Source: a virus (lineage: Duplodnaviria; Caudoviricetes). Taken from it: 30,769 bases of DNA. Both the position numbers and the translations under genes were made by a program. Location of the stretch: IMG/VR virus record IMGVR_UViG_3300033067_000854, positions 1-30,769 of that record; one strand, 5' to 3'. Position 1 is the first letter of the stretch. Each line of letters starts with the position of its first letter. Positions 1 to 7,575 of the stretch are shown piece after piece. The notes beneath the pieces are model-generated. The model made no database searches. It was not told where the DNA came from and saw only the letters and a list, made by a program, of their open reading frames with translations.

Positions 1-1
1 C

Positions 2-1492
2 TTCGGCGTCCACGTCTTCAACAACGGCGATGGATCGTTTACCGCGCGCTTCGGCAACGGCTTCGTCGGACGCGAGCCAGTTGGCGGCTTCTTCTACAGC
101 CGCATCATCATCGAACTCGATGGCACCACGCAACCGCACATCCTGCCGCGCATCGCGCACTACGCGGAATGGGGCGACGGCCCTGAGCGCATCGGCTTCG
201 GCACTGGCGCGTCCTACTTCCCGCCAAACGCGGTGAAGATCCTGCGCTGGACGCAAGGCAACAACACCGCCGTGCTCTACAGCAAGCGGCAGAAACTACG
301 CAGGCACCCGCTGCTCGCGCTGCCGGTGTCGCTCGTGGACCAGAAGCCTATCTATGAGCAGCGAGCACACGGGATGATGACCTGCCTGTATACCGGCAAC
401 ATCAACACGCCACTCGGCCTGACCAAGCAACTTGGCGACTGGATGCCGTTGGGTGATGCAGTCCCGAACGCGCAGGGCGGCGACGGCATCAACCCCTATC
501 CCGGCTGGGAAGGGTCGAGCGCCTACCACTTGCTGTCGCACGACCTCTGCATGGAGCGGATGCCGATCGACTATCGCGACGCCTTCACGGGCGAGCCGAA
601 GCGCGTGGCGAACCAAGCCGTCTACCGCGCGACTCGTGGGTGGGGAGCGTGGACGACGCACGACGAGTTCGTGCAGCGCGACCCCAATAACCCCAACCCC
701 GACGCGCGCATCCCGCGTGACGTGAACAGTGGCGGTTCGTGGTACCGCGAGACGCTGTTGCAGTTCTTCGCGCACGACGACCAGCACGCCGTCCGCGCGA
801 CGCAGTATGCCAAGGCGGCGGCATTCTTGTGGGGCGACTACTGCGCCATCGAAGACCTCAAGATGATCGCGATGGACCCGTGGATGGGCTTGCCGAAGGA
901 GCAGCCCGCCCGCGAGCACTACGGTTCCGGTTACGGGCGCGGGTTCGCGTGGACGATGGACTCGCTCATCGCCGCAGAACAAGCCCTGTACGGATGCGAC
1001 TCCGAGATCAACGCGATGACGCGCATGGCGAACCGTGTGCAGATGCCCAACGGTGCGTGGTACCGCGCGGAGTCCAAGGACGAGGGTCAACTCGGGTTCT
1101 CACCGTCGCCGTGGCGCGACCTCGGCATGGATCGCAAGTACGACGCGGCGCAGACGATGGAGACCTGCTTCCTCGCGTGCGCGATGGCGAACGCGATCAA
1201 CACGGGCGCGGCGAACTTCGCGTGGACGCACATCGCGGGCGCCAAGCCGCGTATCGGCAAGTGGATGGCGGTCGGTGAGAACGGCACGCCTACCACGACG
1301 TACTTGAGCCCTGTCGGCGTGGACGAGAACTTCTGGACGTGGCCGATCGCGGGCGTGTTGAAAGACACGGCAGAGATGCACAGCATGGTTCCTCCGGGAG
1401 GACACGCTGTTGCTGGTGCTGACGTGAAGGGATCCCTGCTCGCAGCGGGTAACTTCCAAGCGAGCGCCAAGGCTCTGGAGGCGTTGGAGTAG
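2..1492 (+). CDS. Hypothetical protein, 5'-truncated; aromatic-rich and probably helical, possibly enzyme-like
   Basis: Frame 2 is open from base 2 (FGVHVFNNGDGSFTARFGNG...) straight into the listed ORF 233..1492, so the true start lies upstream of the window. It ends at TAG 1490-1492, directly abutting the terminase ATG. Confidence 0.8.
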   Translation, partial: FGVHVFNNGDGSFTARFGNGFVGREPVGGFFYSRIIIELDGTTQPHILPRIAHYAEWGDGPERIGFGTGASYFPPNAVKILRWTQGNNTAVLYSKRQKLRRHPLLALPVSLVDQKPIYEQRAHGMMTCLYTGNINTPLGLTKQLGDWMPLGDAVPNAQGGDGINPYPGWEGSSAYHLLSHDLCMERMPIDYRDAFTGEPKRVANQAVYRATRGWGAWTTHDEFVQRDPNNPNPDARIPRDVNSGGSWYRETLLQFFAHDDQHAVRATQYAKAAAFLWGDYCAIEDLKMIAMDPWMGLPKEQPAREHYGSGYGRGFAWTMDSLIAAEQALYGCDSEINAMTRMANRVQMPNGAWYRAESKDEGQLGFSPSPWRDLGMDRKYDAAQTMETCFLACAMANAINTGAANFAWTHIAGAKPRIGKWMAVGENGTPTTTYLSPVGVDENFWTWPIAGVLKDTAEMHSMVPPGGHAVAGADVKGSLLAAGNFQASAKALEALE

Positions 1493-2947
1493 ATGCCGCG
1501 CTGGCAACCCACTCACGAGGAACTCGACGCGATCATCGCCGAGGTGGAACGGGAGGCTGGAGGGGACGCTGCGCTCGCGGACAACCTCCTGTTCCACCGG
1601 CTCTATCACCACGAGAGGGGCATCTACCCTCGGCGCGGCGCAAAGGCGGTGTGGCGCTTCGAGGGCGGTGAGTGGGTTCGCTACAAGCGCAACATGAGCA
1701 GGCGGGAGTGGATCGAGGAACACTTCCCGCTGCGCGACATCGACGGGCGCATCGTCACGATGAAGCTCAACCCAGCGCAGCGCATGATCGAGTGCGAGAT
1801 GCTGCGAATGGAACGAGCTGGTGTTGCCGTCCGCATCCAACTCTTGAAGTCGCGGCAGATCGGCGGGTCAACATTCGCCGAGGCGTGCGTCTACGAACTC
1901 ACGCTGCGCGGTGAGCATGTGCGCGGGCTGGTCGTCGCACACAACCAGGACACGTCGAAGATCCTGCTGGGCATCTCCGATGTCGCCCGCGCGCAGATGG
2001 AGAAGCTCACTAACGAGCACGGCACGCGCATCCCGTGGAACTTCAAGATGAAGTCCAAGGCGTCCTACTCGCTCGAATGGGAGAAGCCGATCCACGGTCA
2101 GGTACTCATCACCTCCGCCGCCACCGAGGGCGCTGGCATCGGCGGCACGCGCACGATCGTCCACTTCTCAGAGGGCGCCCGCTACCCGCCGGACAGTGGC
2201 GTCCACCAAGGCGTCATGCCGTCGCTTCCCAACCGGCCTGGGACTTACGCCTTCGACGAGTCGACCGCCTACGGCGACACCGGCAAGTTCCACGACGACT
2301 TCCAGAAGGCGTGGCGCAACCGCAACGTCCCCTACGGAGAGCGCACGAACGCCTGGGCGGCTCTCTTCTTCCCGTGGTTCATGCACCCGCTCTACACTTG
2401 GACGGCGGCGTACGGCTTCGGGAAGCCCCTGCCAGCGCCGAAGGAGGCAGAGATTCTTGCCACCCTTACAGACGACGAGAAGAAGGTCCTTGGGAAGAAG
2501 ATCTTGGTCAGATGGACCCCAGATGCCGAATGGATCCAAGAGGAGCGGTGGGGCACCCCCAAGCTCGTCTGGGAGGACGGCAAACTGGTGGGAACGGAGC
2601 GGGCCACTGAGGGGATGCGCGAAGCCAAGGTCGCGGGCAAACGACGAGGCGGAAAGATGGTCTGGAGGCGCGTCGGAGTTGGCCTGCAAACCGTGACGGT
2701 CAACCAACTTGCGTGGCGCAGAGCCCGTCTCGAAGACAAGGACATGGGCGGCGACATCAAGAAGTTCGACCAGGACTACCCGTGGTGTCCCGAGGTCGCC
2801 TTCATGGCGTCCGGCAACCCCGTGTTCGACCCCGAGTGGGTGAACGAGCAGATCGAGAAGGCGCGGTCCATCCCGGTCGTCTTCCGGGGTTGGGTGGTCG
2901 ACTCGCGGCAGGACGAAGCCGAAGATGGGAAGATGACGGGTAGTTGA
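1493..2947 (+). CDS. terL: Terminase large subunit, N-terminal ATPase part
   Basis: Adenine-binding motif KLNPAQ, Walker A LKSRQIGGST, Walker B IVHFSE, coupling motif ESTA, followed by FFPWF, QLAWRR and FDQDYP..PEVAF.ASG.PVF, all typical of TerL. It lies upstream of the portal gene. Confidence 0.93.
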   Translation: MPRWQPTHEELDAIIAEVEREAGGDAALADNLLFHRLYHHERGIYPRRGAKAVWRFEGGEWVRYKRNMSRREWIEEHFPLRDIDGRIVTMKLNPAQRMIECEMLRMERAGVAVRIQLLKSRQIGGSTFAEACVYELTLRGEHVRGLVVAHNQDTSKILLGISDVARAQMEKLTNEHGTRIPWNFKMKSKASYSLEWEKPIHGQVLITSAATEGAGIGGTRTIVHFSEGARYPPDSGVHQGVMPSLPNRPGTYAFDESTAYGDTGKFHDDFQKAWRNRNVPYGERTNAWAALFFPWFMHPLYTWTAAYGFGKPLPAPKEAEILATLTDDEKKVLGKKILVRWTPDAEWIQEERWGTPKLVWEDGKLVGTERATEGMREAKVAGKRRGGKMVWRRVGVGLQTVTVNQLAWRRARLEDKDMGGDIKKFDQDYPWCPEVAFMASGNPVFDPEWVNEQIEKARSIPVVFRGWVVDSRQDEAEDGKMTGS

Positions 2948-2981
2948 CGCCCGCGCTGCGCGTGTCTAAACCTTGGACCAC

Positions 2982-3713
2982 ATGGTCCTTGGTCCCGTCC
3001 GGCTTGAGGCACACTCTCGTGGTGGTCTGCTCGTGTGGGCGCACCCGGAGGACGGGCACGACTACATCGTGGCGTCGGATACAGCCGGTGGTGGTGCCCA
3101 CGGCGACTTCTCCGTAGCGGTTGTGCTTGAGGGCGAGACCTGTGATCTCGTCGCGGCATGGCGTGAGCGCGCGGACAGCCACATCTGGGGGCAGAAGTGC
3201 GCCCGTCTCGCGCACTACTACAACGAAGCGATGTTGGCGTTCGAGACGCAGCCCTCGACCCACGGGCTTGCCGCAGCCGAGAGCGCCATCAACTTCGGGT
3301 ACACGCGCATGTACCGGAATCGCCGTCAAGACACCTACACGAAGGTATGGACGGAGAGCATCGGGTTCCACACGCACGCTGGAACCAAACCGCTCATCAT
3401 TGACCGGATCAAGATGCAGCGCGACGCGGGCAGCACGATCCCGTGGGAAGACCTGCTTCACGAGTTGAAGCACCAGCAGTGGGATGACCGCACGGCGACC
3501 AACGTGCCGAAGATGGTCTCCAACGGGCACGATGACTGCGTGATGGCCTACGGCATCGCGCTCCGAGTCCGCGACGACTGCTACCGGCGCAAACTCCTCA
3601 AGACCGAGGCGCACGAGCCGCGCACGGCGACCGAACACTTCTGGGCACGCCGCGACAAGCAGTTCACGCAGCCCCAGCGAAAACCCCGTCGACCGGAGTG
3701 GAGACCTGCATGA
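2982..3713 (+). CDS. terL: Terminase large subunit, C-terminal RNase H-like nuclease part, encoded as a separate ORF
   Basis: GGLLVWAHP..GHDYIVASDTAGG...GDFSVAVV, LAFE, IGFHT...TKP and HDDCVMAYGIA are TerL nuclease motifs. The start is ATG 2982 or TTG 2973, and there is an in-frame TAA at 2967-2969. Confidence 0.9.
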   Translation: MVLGPVRLEAHSRGGLLVWAHPEDGHDYIVASDTAGGGAHGDFSVAVVLEGETCDLVAAWRERADSHIWGQKCARLAHYYNEAMLAFETQPSTHGLAAAESAINFGYTRMYRNRRQDTYTKVWTESIGFHTHAGTKPLIIDRIKMQRDAGSTIPWEDLLHELKHQQWDDRTATNVPKMVSNGHDDCVMAYGIALRVRDDCYRRKLLKTEAHEPRTATEHFWARRDKQFTQPQRKPRRPEWRPA

Positions 3714-3976
3714 GCGGTTGGGAACTAGCCATTGTCCTCGCGGTCGCATCCGCGCCTGCCATGCTCGCCATCGGTGCGATTGCATGGTTCTGCGCGCGTG
3801 CGAACCGTCGCGTCCACGATCTCTGCCGCGACTTGCTCAAGGCAAATCTCGCCACGAGCGACCGCCCCGCACCGCCACAACTTGCTGCCGCGATGGAGAT
3901 CACCGATCGCGTGGAGCGTGAGCAGGAACGCTACCCCGTACCGACGCAACGCCGCGTCCCTGCTGGAGCTTCCTGA
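3710..3976 (+). CDS. Small hypothetical membrane protein (88 aa)
   Basis: ATGA overlap with the upstream stop, an N-terminal hydrophobic stretch LAIVLAVASAPAMLAIGAIAWFC, and it fills the gap before the portal gene. Confidence 0.7.
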   Translation: MSGWELAIVLAVASAPAMLAIGAIAWFCARANRRVHDLCRDLLKANLATSDRPAPPQLAAAMEITDRVEREQERYPVPTQRRVPAGAS

Positions 3977-3979
3977 GCC

Positions 3980-6031
3980 GTGGCTGACAGCGATTCAGAC
4001 CTGCTGCGGATGATCGAGTTGCGCGTGGGCTGGCGTGAACGCCGCCCCGAGCGCCTCGCGCTGGAGCAGCTCTGGATCACGAGCATGGCGTTCTGGAGCG
4101 GAAAGCATCGCTTCTGGTTCGCTGACGGTCGCCTGATGCCGTTCGACGACAACGTGTACGAGCCGAACGACAACGCGGTTCGCTACAAGGTGAACCTTAT
4201 CCGCGCGCGTGTGGACGCTGCGGTGTCGAAGGTGCTCGGCGTTGACGCTGACTTCCAGGTGCGCCCGCCCACCGGCAAGGCACGCGACCGCTACAACGCG
4301 GAACTCTCGAACAAGGTCTTCGCCCACATCCGCGAGGTCGCGGACTGGCAGATGACGCAACTCAACTCGAAGCAGTGGGGAGCCATCTGCGGTTCGAGCT
4401 TCATCAAGGTCTACTGGGACCCGCTCGTCGGCGAGCCCGACCGCTTCTTCTGGGACACGAAGCAGAACAAGTCCGTCGTGCCCGAGGTCATGCTCACGCA
4501 GCCTCAGAAGATCGAGAAGGAGCAGCAGGGACTCTTCGAGGACCTCCCGCCCGGTGACATTTCGATGAGCGTGTGCTCGCCGTTCGGCTTCTTCTACGAC
4601 AGCGCGAGCCGCGACAAGGGCATCCGTGGCTGTCAGTGGGTCGCCGAGCGCCACTACGTCGACATCGACCGCGTGGCCGAGCGATTCGGCATCGACCCCA
4701 AGGACATCCAACCCGTCGAGAACAGCGGCGGCTTGGACAACTACGAAGAAGCCATCGCGTTCATGTCGAGCGGCAACGGCTTCAGCCTCTTCGACTACGG
4801 TCGCCCGCCGGACAAGCTCGGCAAGCGCACCATGTACGTCGAGATGTGGGAGCGCCCGAGCAGCCACTACAAGAAGGGGCGCTGGATCGTCTACGCGGGC
4901 GGCAAGATCATCCGCCAAGGCGACAACCCCTACGCCGCCGACAAGACGGGCTGGAGTCACCTGCCCTACGTCAAGGACGACTGGAAGCCGCACCCTGGTC
5001 GCTTCTGGGGCGCGTCGCTCGTCGAAGACCTGCTCTCGCCGCAGTGGCACCTGAACGAGACGCGCAGCGCCCAGATCAGTTTCATCATGGCGCACGGCCA
5101 GCCGCCGGTCTTCGTCGGCAAGGACTCGGGTCTCGACACCGATCGCATGACCTCGCAGGTCGGGCGCATCTACACGCTCAACGAGACGACGGCGATCGGC
5201 GTGAAGATGGGTCCGACGCCGCAGATGCCTGCCGAAGTCATGCAGGTCGCTGCGCTCACCGAGGGCGACCTGAACAAGCTCGCGTCGCAGTCGGAGATCG
5301 ACGGCGGCAAGCTGCCCGGTGAGCTGCGTAGTGGTAGCGCCGTGCGCGCGGTGAACGAGGAGCGGTTCGCGGGTCTCTCGATCCCGGCGAAGATGACGGT
5401 GCGTACGGTGCGTGACGTGGGGCGGATCGCGCTCGCGCTCGCGCACCAGTGGTACACGACGCCGCGCCTGATGAAGTACATGGGCGACGACAACGAGTGG
5501 GTCGTCGAGCAGTTCACGGGTGCCGACCTCATCAACGACGTTGTGATCGTGGGCGAGCCCGACATCGGCGACAGTATCTCCGCTCAACGCGAAGAGGTGC
5601 TCGACGCGCTGAACATGGGTGCGTTCAACCCGCAGCTCGATCGGCAGACCAGGACGATGATCCTGAAGATGCTGAAGTACAAGACGAGCGACGAGTTCTT
5701 CTCACGTTCGATCCAAGCCGAGAAGCACGCCGAAGACGTGATCGGTCAGATCATCCGCGATCCGCTCAAGTACGGGGACGTTGGCTACCCCGTGCTGCCG
5801 TGGCAGGACGCCGAGAGCGAGATCAACGCCGTCGTGTCGTTCATGTACACGGCTGAGTTCGATGCGCTCGACCCGCGCGCGAAGGCGGTCATCACGAAGT
5901 ACTGGCAAGACCTCTCGATGTTGTTGCAGCAGGTTGCGATGCAGCAGCAGGCGAAGGCGGAAGCCGAGAACGCTGGCAAGCCCGAGAAGGGCCAAGCGTC
6001 ACAACCACGACCCGCGCAATCACAGGGGTAA
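3980..6031 (+). CDS. Portal protein
   Basis: 683 aa, located between terminase and scaffold/capsid. Portal-like motifs include NLIRARVD, GSSFIKVYWD, SPFGFFYD, FWGASLVEDLLSPQ..LN and RSGSAV, with a Gln-rich C-terminus. Confidence 0.9.
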   Translation: MADSDSDLLRMIELRVGWRERRPERLALEQLWITSMAFWSGKHRFWFADGRLMPFDDNVYEPNDNAVRYKVNLIRARVDAAVSKVLGVDADFQVRPPTGKARDRYNAELSNKVFAHIREVADWQMTQLNSKQWGAICGSSFIKVYWDPLVGEPDRFFWDTKQNKSVVPEVMLTQPQKIEKEQQGLFEDLPPGDISMSVCSPFGFFYDSASRDKGIRGCQWVAERHYVDIDRVAERFGIDPKDIQPVENSGGLDNYEEAIAFMSSGNGFSLFDYGRPPDKLGKRTMYVEMWERPSSHYKKGRWIVYAGGKIIRQGDNPYAADKTGWSHLPYVKDDWKPHPGRFWGASLVEDLLSPQWHLNETRSAQISFIMAHGQPPVFVGKDSGLDTDRMTSQVGRIYTLNETTAIGVKMGPTPQMPAEVMQVAALTEGDLNKLASQSEIDGGKLPGELRSGSAVRAVNEERFAGLSIPAKMTVRTVRDVGRIALALAHQWYTTPRLMKYMGDDNEWVVEQFTGADLINDVVIVGEPDIGDSISAQREEVLDALNMGAFNPQLDRQTRTMILKMLKYKTSDEFFSRSIQAEKHAEDVIGQIIRDPLKYGDVGYPVLPWQDAESEINAVVSFMYTAEFDALDPRAKAVITKYWQDLSMLLQQVAMQQQAKAEAENAGKPEKGQASQPRPAQSQG

Positions 6032-6038
6032 ACCACCC

Positions 6039-6641
6039 ATGAAGCAAGATCCCGATACGAAGGAACAACTCGCCGCCGTCAAGAAGATGGTGGCTCTCAA
6101 GGAGTCCGAGAAGGCGCTGCGAGAGACGATGCCCATGATCCCGATCGAGGGGGAGAACCTCGAAGAAGCGTACAACGCTGAAGTGCAGATGGAGGAGCGC
6201 GCCAAGGAGCGCGAAGCCGAAGAGAAGGCACGCGCCGAGAAGGCGACCAGCGAGTACCAGTTCTACGTCAAGTGCCGCCGCGACCACGGCAAGTACCCTC
6301 CGCACGGGGTCTACCTCACGGTGAACCCGATGCACGACTACGTGAAGCCGGACCAGTGGTACGCGCGTTACAAGGCGCGCACGGACGTGTGGCGCGAGGA
6401 CATCTACTGCCAAGTGTGCCTGTGGCAGAAGGGTGAGTACGTCAACCTCGACGTGATCCCCGGACCCAAGGGAACGTTCAAGGTCAACGCTCGGATGCTG
6501 TGGCGCACGCCCAAGGACGCCAAGCGGCGTCAGGTGGAAGGCGGCGACACGCGCGCGATCGAGATCGGCCCGGCGTCGTCGAACAACGAGCGCAAAGCAG
6601 CTCAAGAGCGAGCCCGTGAAGCTGGGCTGGAGGTGCTCTGA
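6039..6641 (+). CDS. Hypothetical protein (200 aa) with a charged coiled-coil N-terminus and Cys/His motifs
   Basis: ATG 6039 lies just after the portal stop, and the upstream extension of the listed ORF overlaps the portal out of frame. It contains CRRDH and CQVC, and is TGATG-coupled to the next gene. Confidence 0.8.
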   Translation: MKQDPDTKEQLAAVKKMVALKESEKALRETMPMIPIEGENLEEAYNAEVQMEERAKEREAEEKARAEKATSEYQFYVKCRRDHGKYPPHGVYLTVNPMHDYVKPDQWYARYKARTDVWREDIYCQVCLWQKGEYVNLDVIPGPKGTFKVNARMLWRTPKDAKRRQVEGGDTRAIEIGPASSNNERKAAQERAREAGLEVL

Positions 6642-7549
6642 TGGCTGACGAACCGAAGGCAACGATGGACATCCACACGGGACGTGTCCATATCCCGATG
6701 CCGCCGCCTCCCACGGCAGCGCAGAACGCTCCTGCCGCGCCCGCTGCTGCACCCGCGCCGACTCCGGCTCCTGTGGCTCAGACGCCCGCGCCGACGCCTC
6801 CTGCGCCCGCGCAGCAGCCCGTGAACCTCGACGCGATCGTCCAAGCCAAGGTCGACGGGCGCGTGATCGACGTGCCCATCAAGGACCTCGTGGCGCAGTA
6901 CCAGATGCGTAGCGCGGCTGAGAAGCGACTGGCGGAAGCTAACGCGCTCCAGAACGCGCGTGCGAATCAAGTTCGGCTCGGTGAGTTCATCGAGCAGAAC
7001 GCACGAACCAACCCCGACGCTGTGATGGCCCGGCTCCGAGAGCTTGGCTTGACTGGCGTGGGGGCGACCCCGACCGATGCCAACGATGACGTGTCTCCCG
7101 AAACCAGGGAGCTGCGTACTCGTCTCGCCCAACTCGAAGCTCAAGGTCAGGCACTCAACCAGTACCTCGCCCGCCAGCAGACCGACGCCAAGGTGAACGA
7201 AATCCGCGCAGAGCTGTCCAAGTTCCCTCTCTACCAGGGGAGCCCGGAAGCGATGCAACAGGCTGAGATCGTGGTGGCCGCTTACCTGGTGAAGAACCCG
7301 GAAAGCAACGTCGGCGACATCGCAGGTGAGCTTCACGCGAAGCAAGCCGAGATGGTGCGCCAACACCTCACCAACGAACGCGACACCCGAGCCGCGAACG
7401 TGCAGAACATGGCAAGCGTGCCTCCCTCCGCAGGTACGCCGTCGATGACGGAACAAACCATTCCGAAGCCGACCGGCGCGCAACTGCGAGACGGCTCGTG
7501 GAAAAAGGGCTTCGACGAAGCCTTCTCCAAGCTCATCGCCCGCACGTGA
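6641..7549 (+). CDS. Capsid scaffolding protein
   Basis: Directly upstream of the capsid gene, with a Pro/Ala-rich disordered N-terminus, the motif AKVDGRVIDVPIKDLVAQYQ typical of phage scaffolds, and a helical coiled-coil body. Confidence 0.8.
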   Translation: MADEPKATMDIHTGRVHIPMPPPPTAAQNAPAAPAAAPAPTPAPVAQTPAPTPPAPAQQPVNLDAIVQAKVDGRVIDVPIKDLVAQYQMRSAAEKRLAEANALQNARANQVRLGEFIEQNARTNPDAVMARLRELGLTGVGATPTDANDDVSPETRELRTRLAQLEAQGQALNQYLARQQTDAKVNEIRAELSKFPLYQGSPEAMQQAEIVVAAYLVKNPESNVGDIAGELHAKQAEMVRQHLTNERDTRAANVQNMASVPPSAGTPSMTEQTIPKPTGAQLRDGSWKKGFDEAFSKLIART

Positions 7550-7575
7550 CCGCTCACTGAAACGGAATCACCATC

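Noticed and set aside
30-236. 68-aa ORF, and GTG 233 as the start of the first gene
   Set aside because: Frame 2 is open from base 2 with protein-like sequence, so the 68-aa ORF is an out-of-frame shadow and 233 is an internal codon.
2892-2953. Degenerate direct repeat GGGTGGTCGACTCGCG / GGGTAGTTGACGCCCG (12 of 16 matches, 46 nt apart) at the terminase break
   Set aside because: It could be a duplication scar, but it is short, GC-rich and plausible by chance. Deleting between the copies still runs into TAA 2967.
2948-2981. Group I/II intron or intein in terL
   Set aside because: The gap is only about 25-35 nt, with no homing endonuclease or splice-junction motifs.
2945-3007. Stop-codon reassignment or TGA readthrough as the explanation for the terminase split
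   Set aside because: Readthrough stays in the wrong frame and meets another TGA near 3005. TGA, TAA and TAG all act as normal stops elsewhere in the window.
5781-6038. Upstream extensions of ORFs 5781..6641, 27968..28444, 28366..28713, 28493..29461 and 29720..30202
   Set aside because: They overlap real genes out of frame, and coupled or adjacent starts at 6039, 28124, 28444, 28907 and 29834 fit better.
6695-6820. Pro/Ala-rich repetitive DNA
   Set aside because: It is a low-complexity coding linker in the scaffold protein, not a CRISPR array or regulatory repeat.
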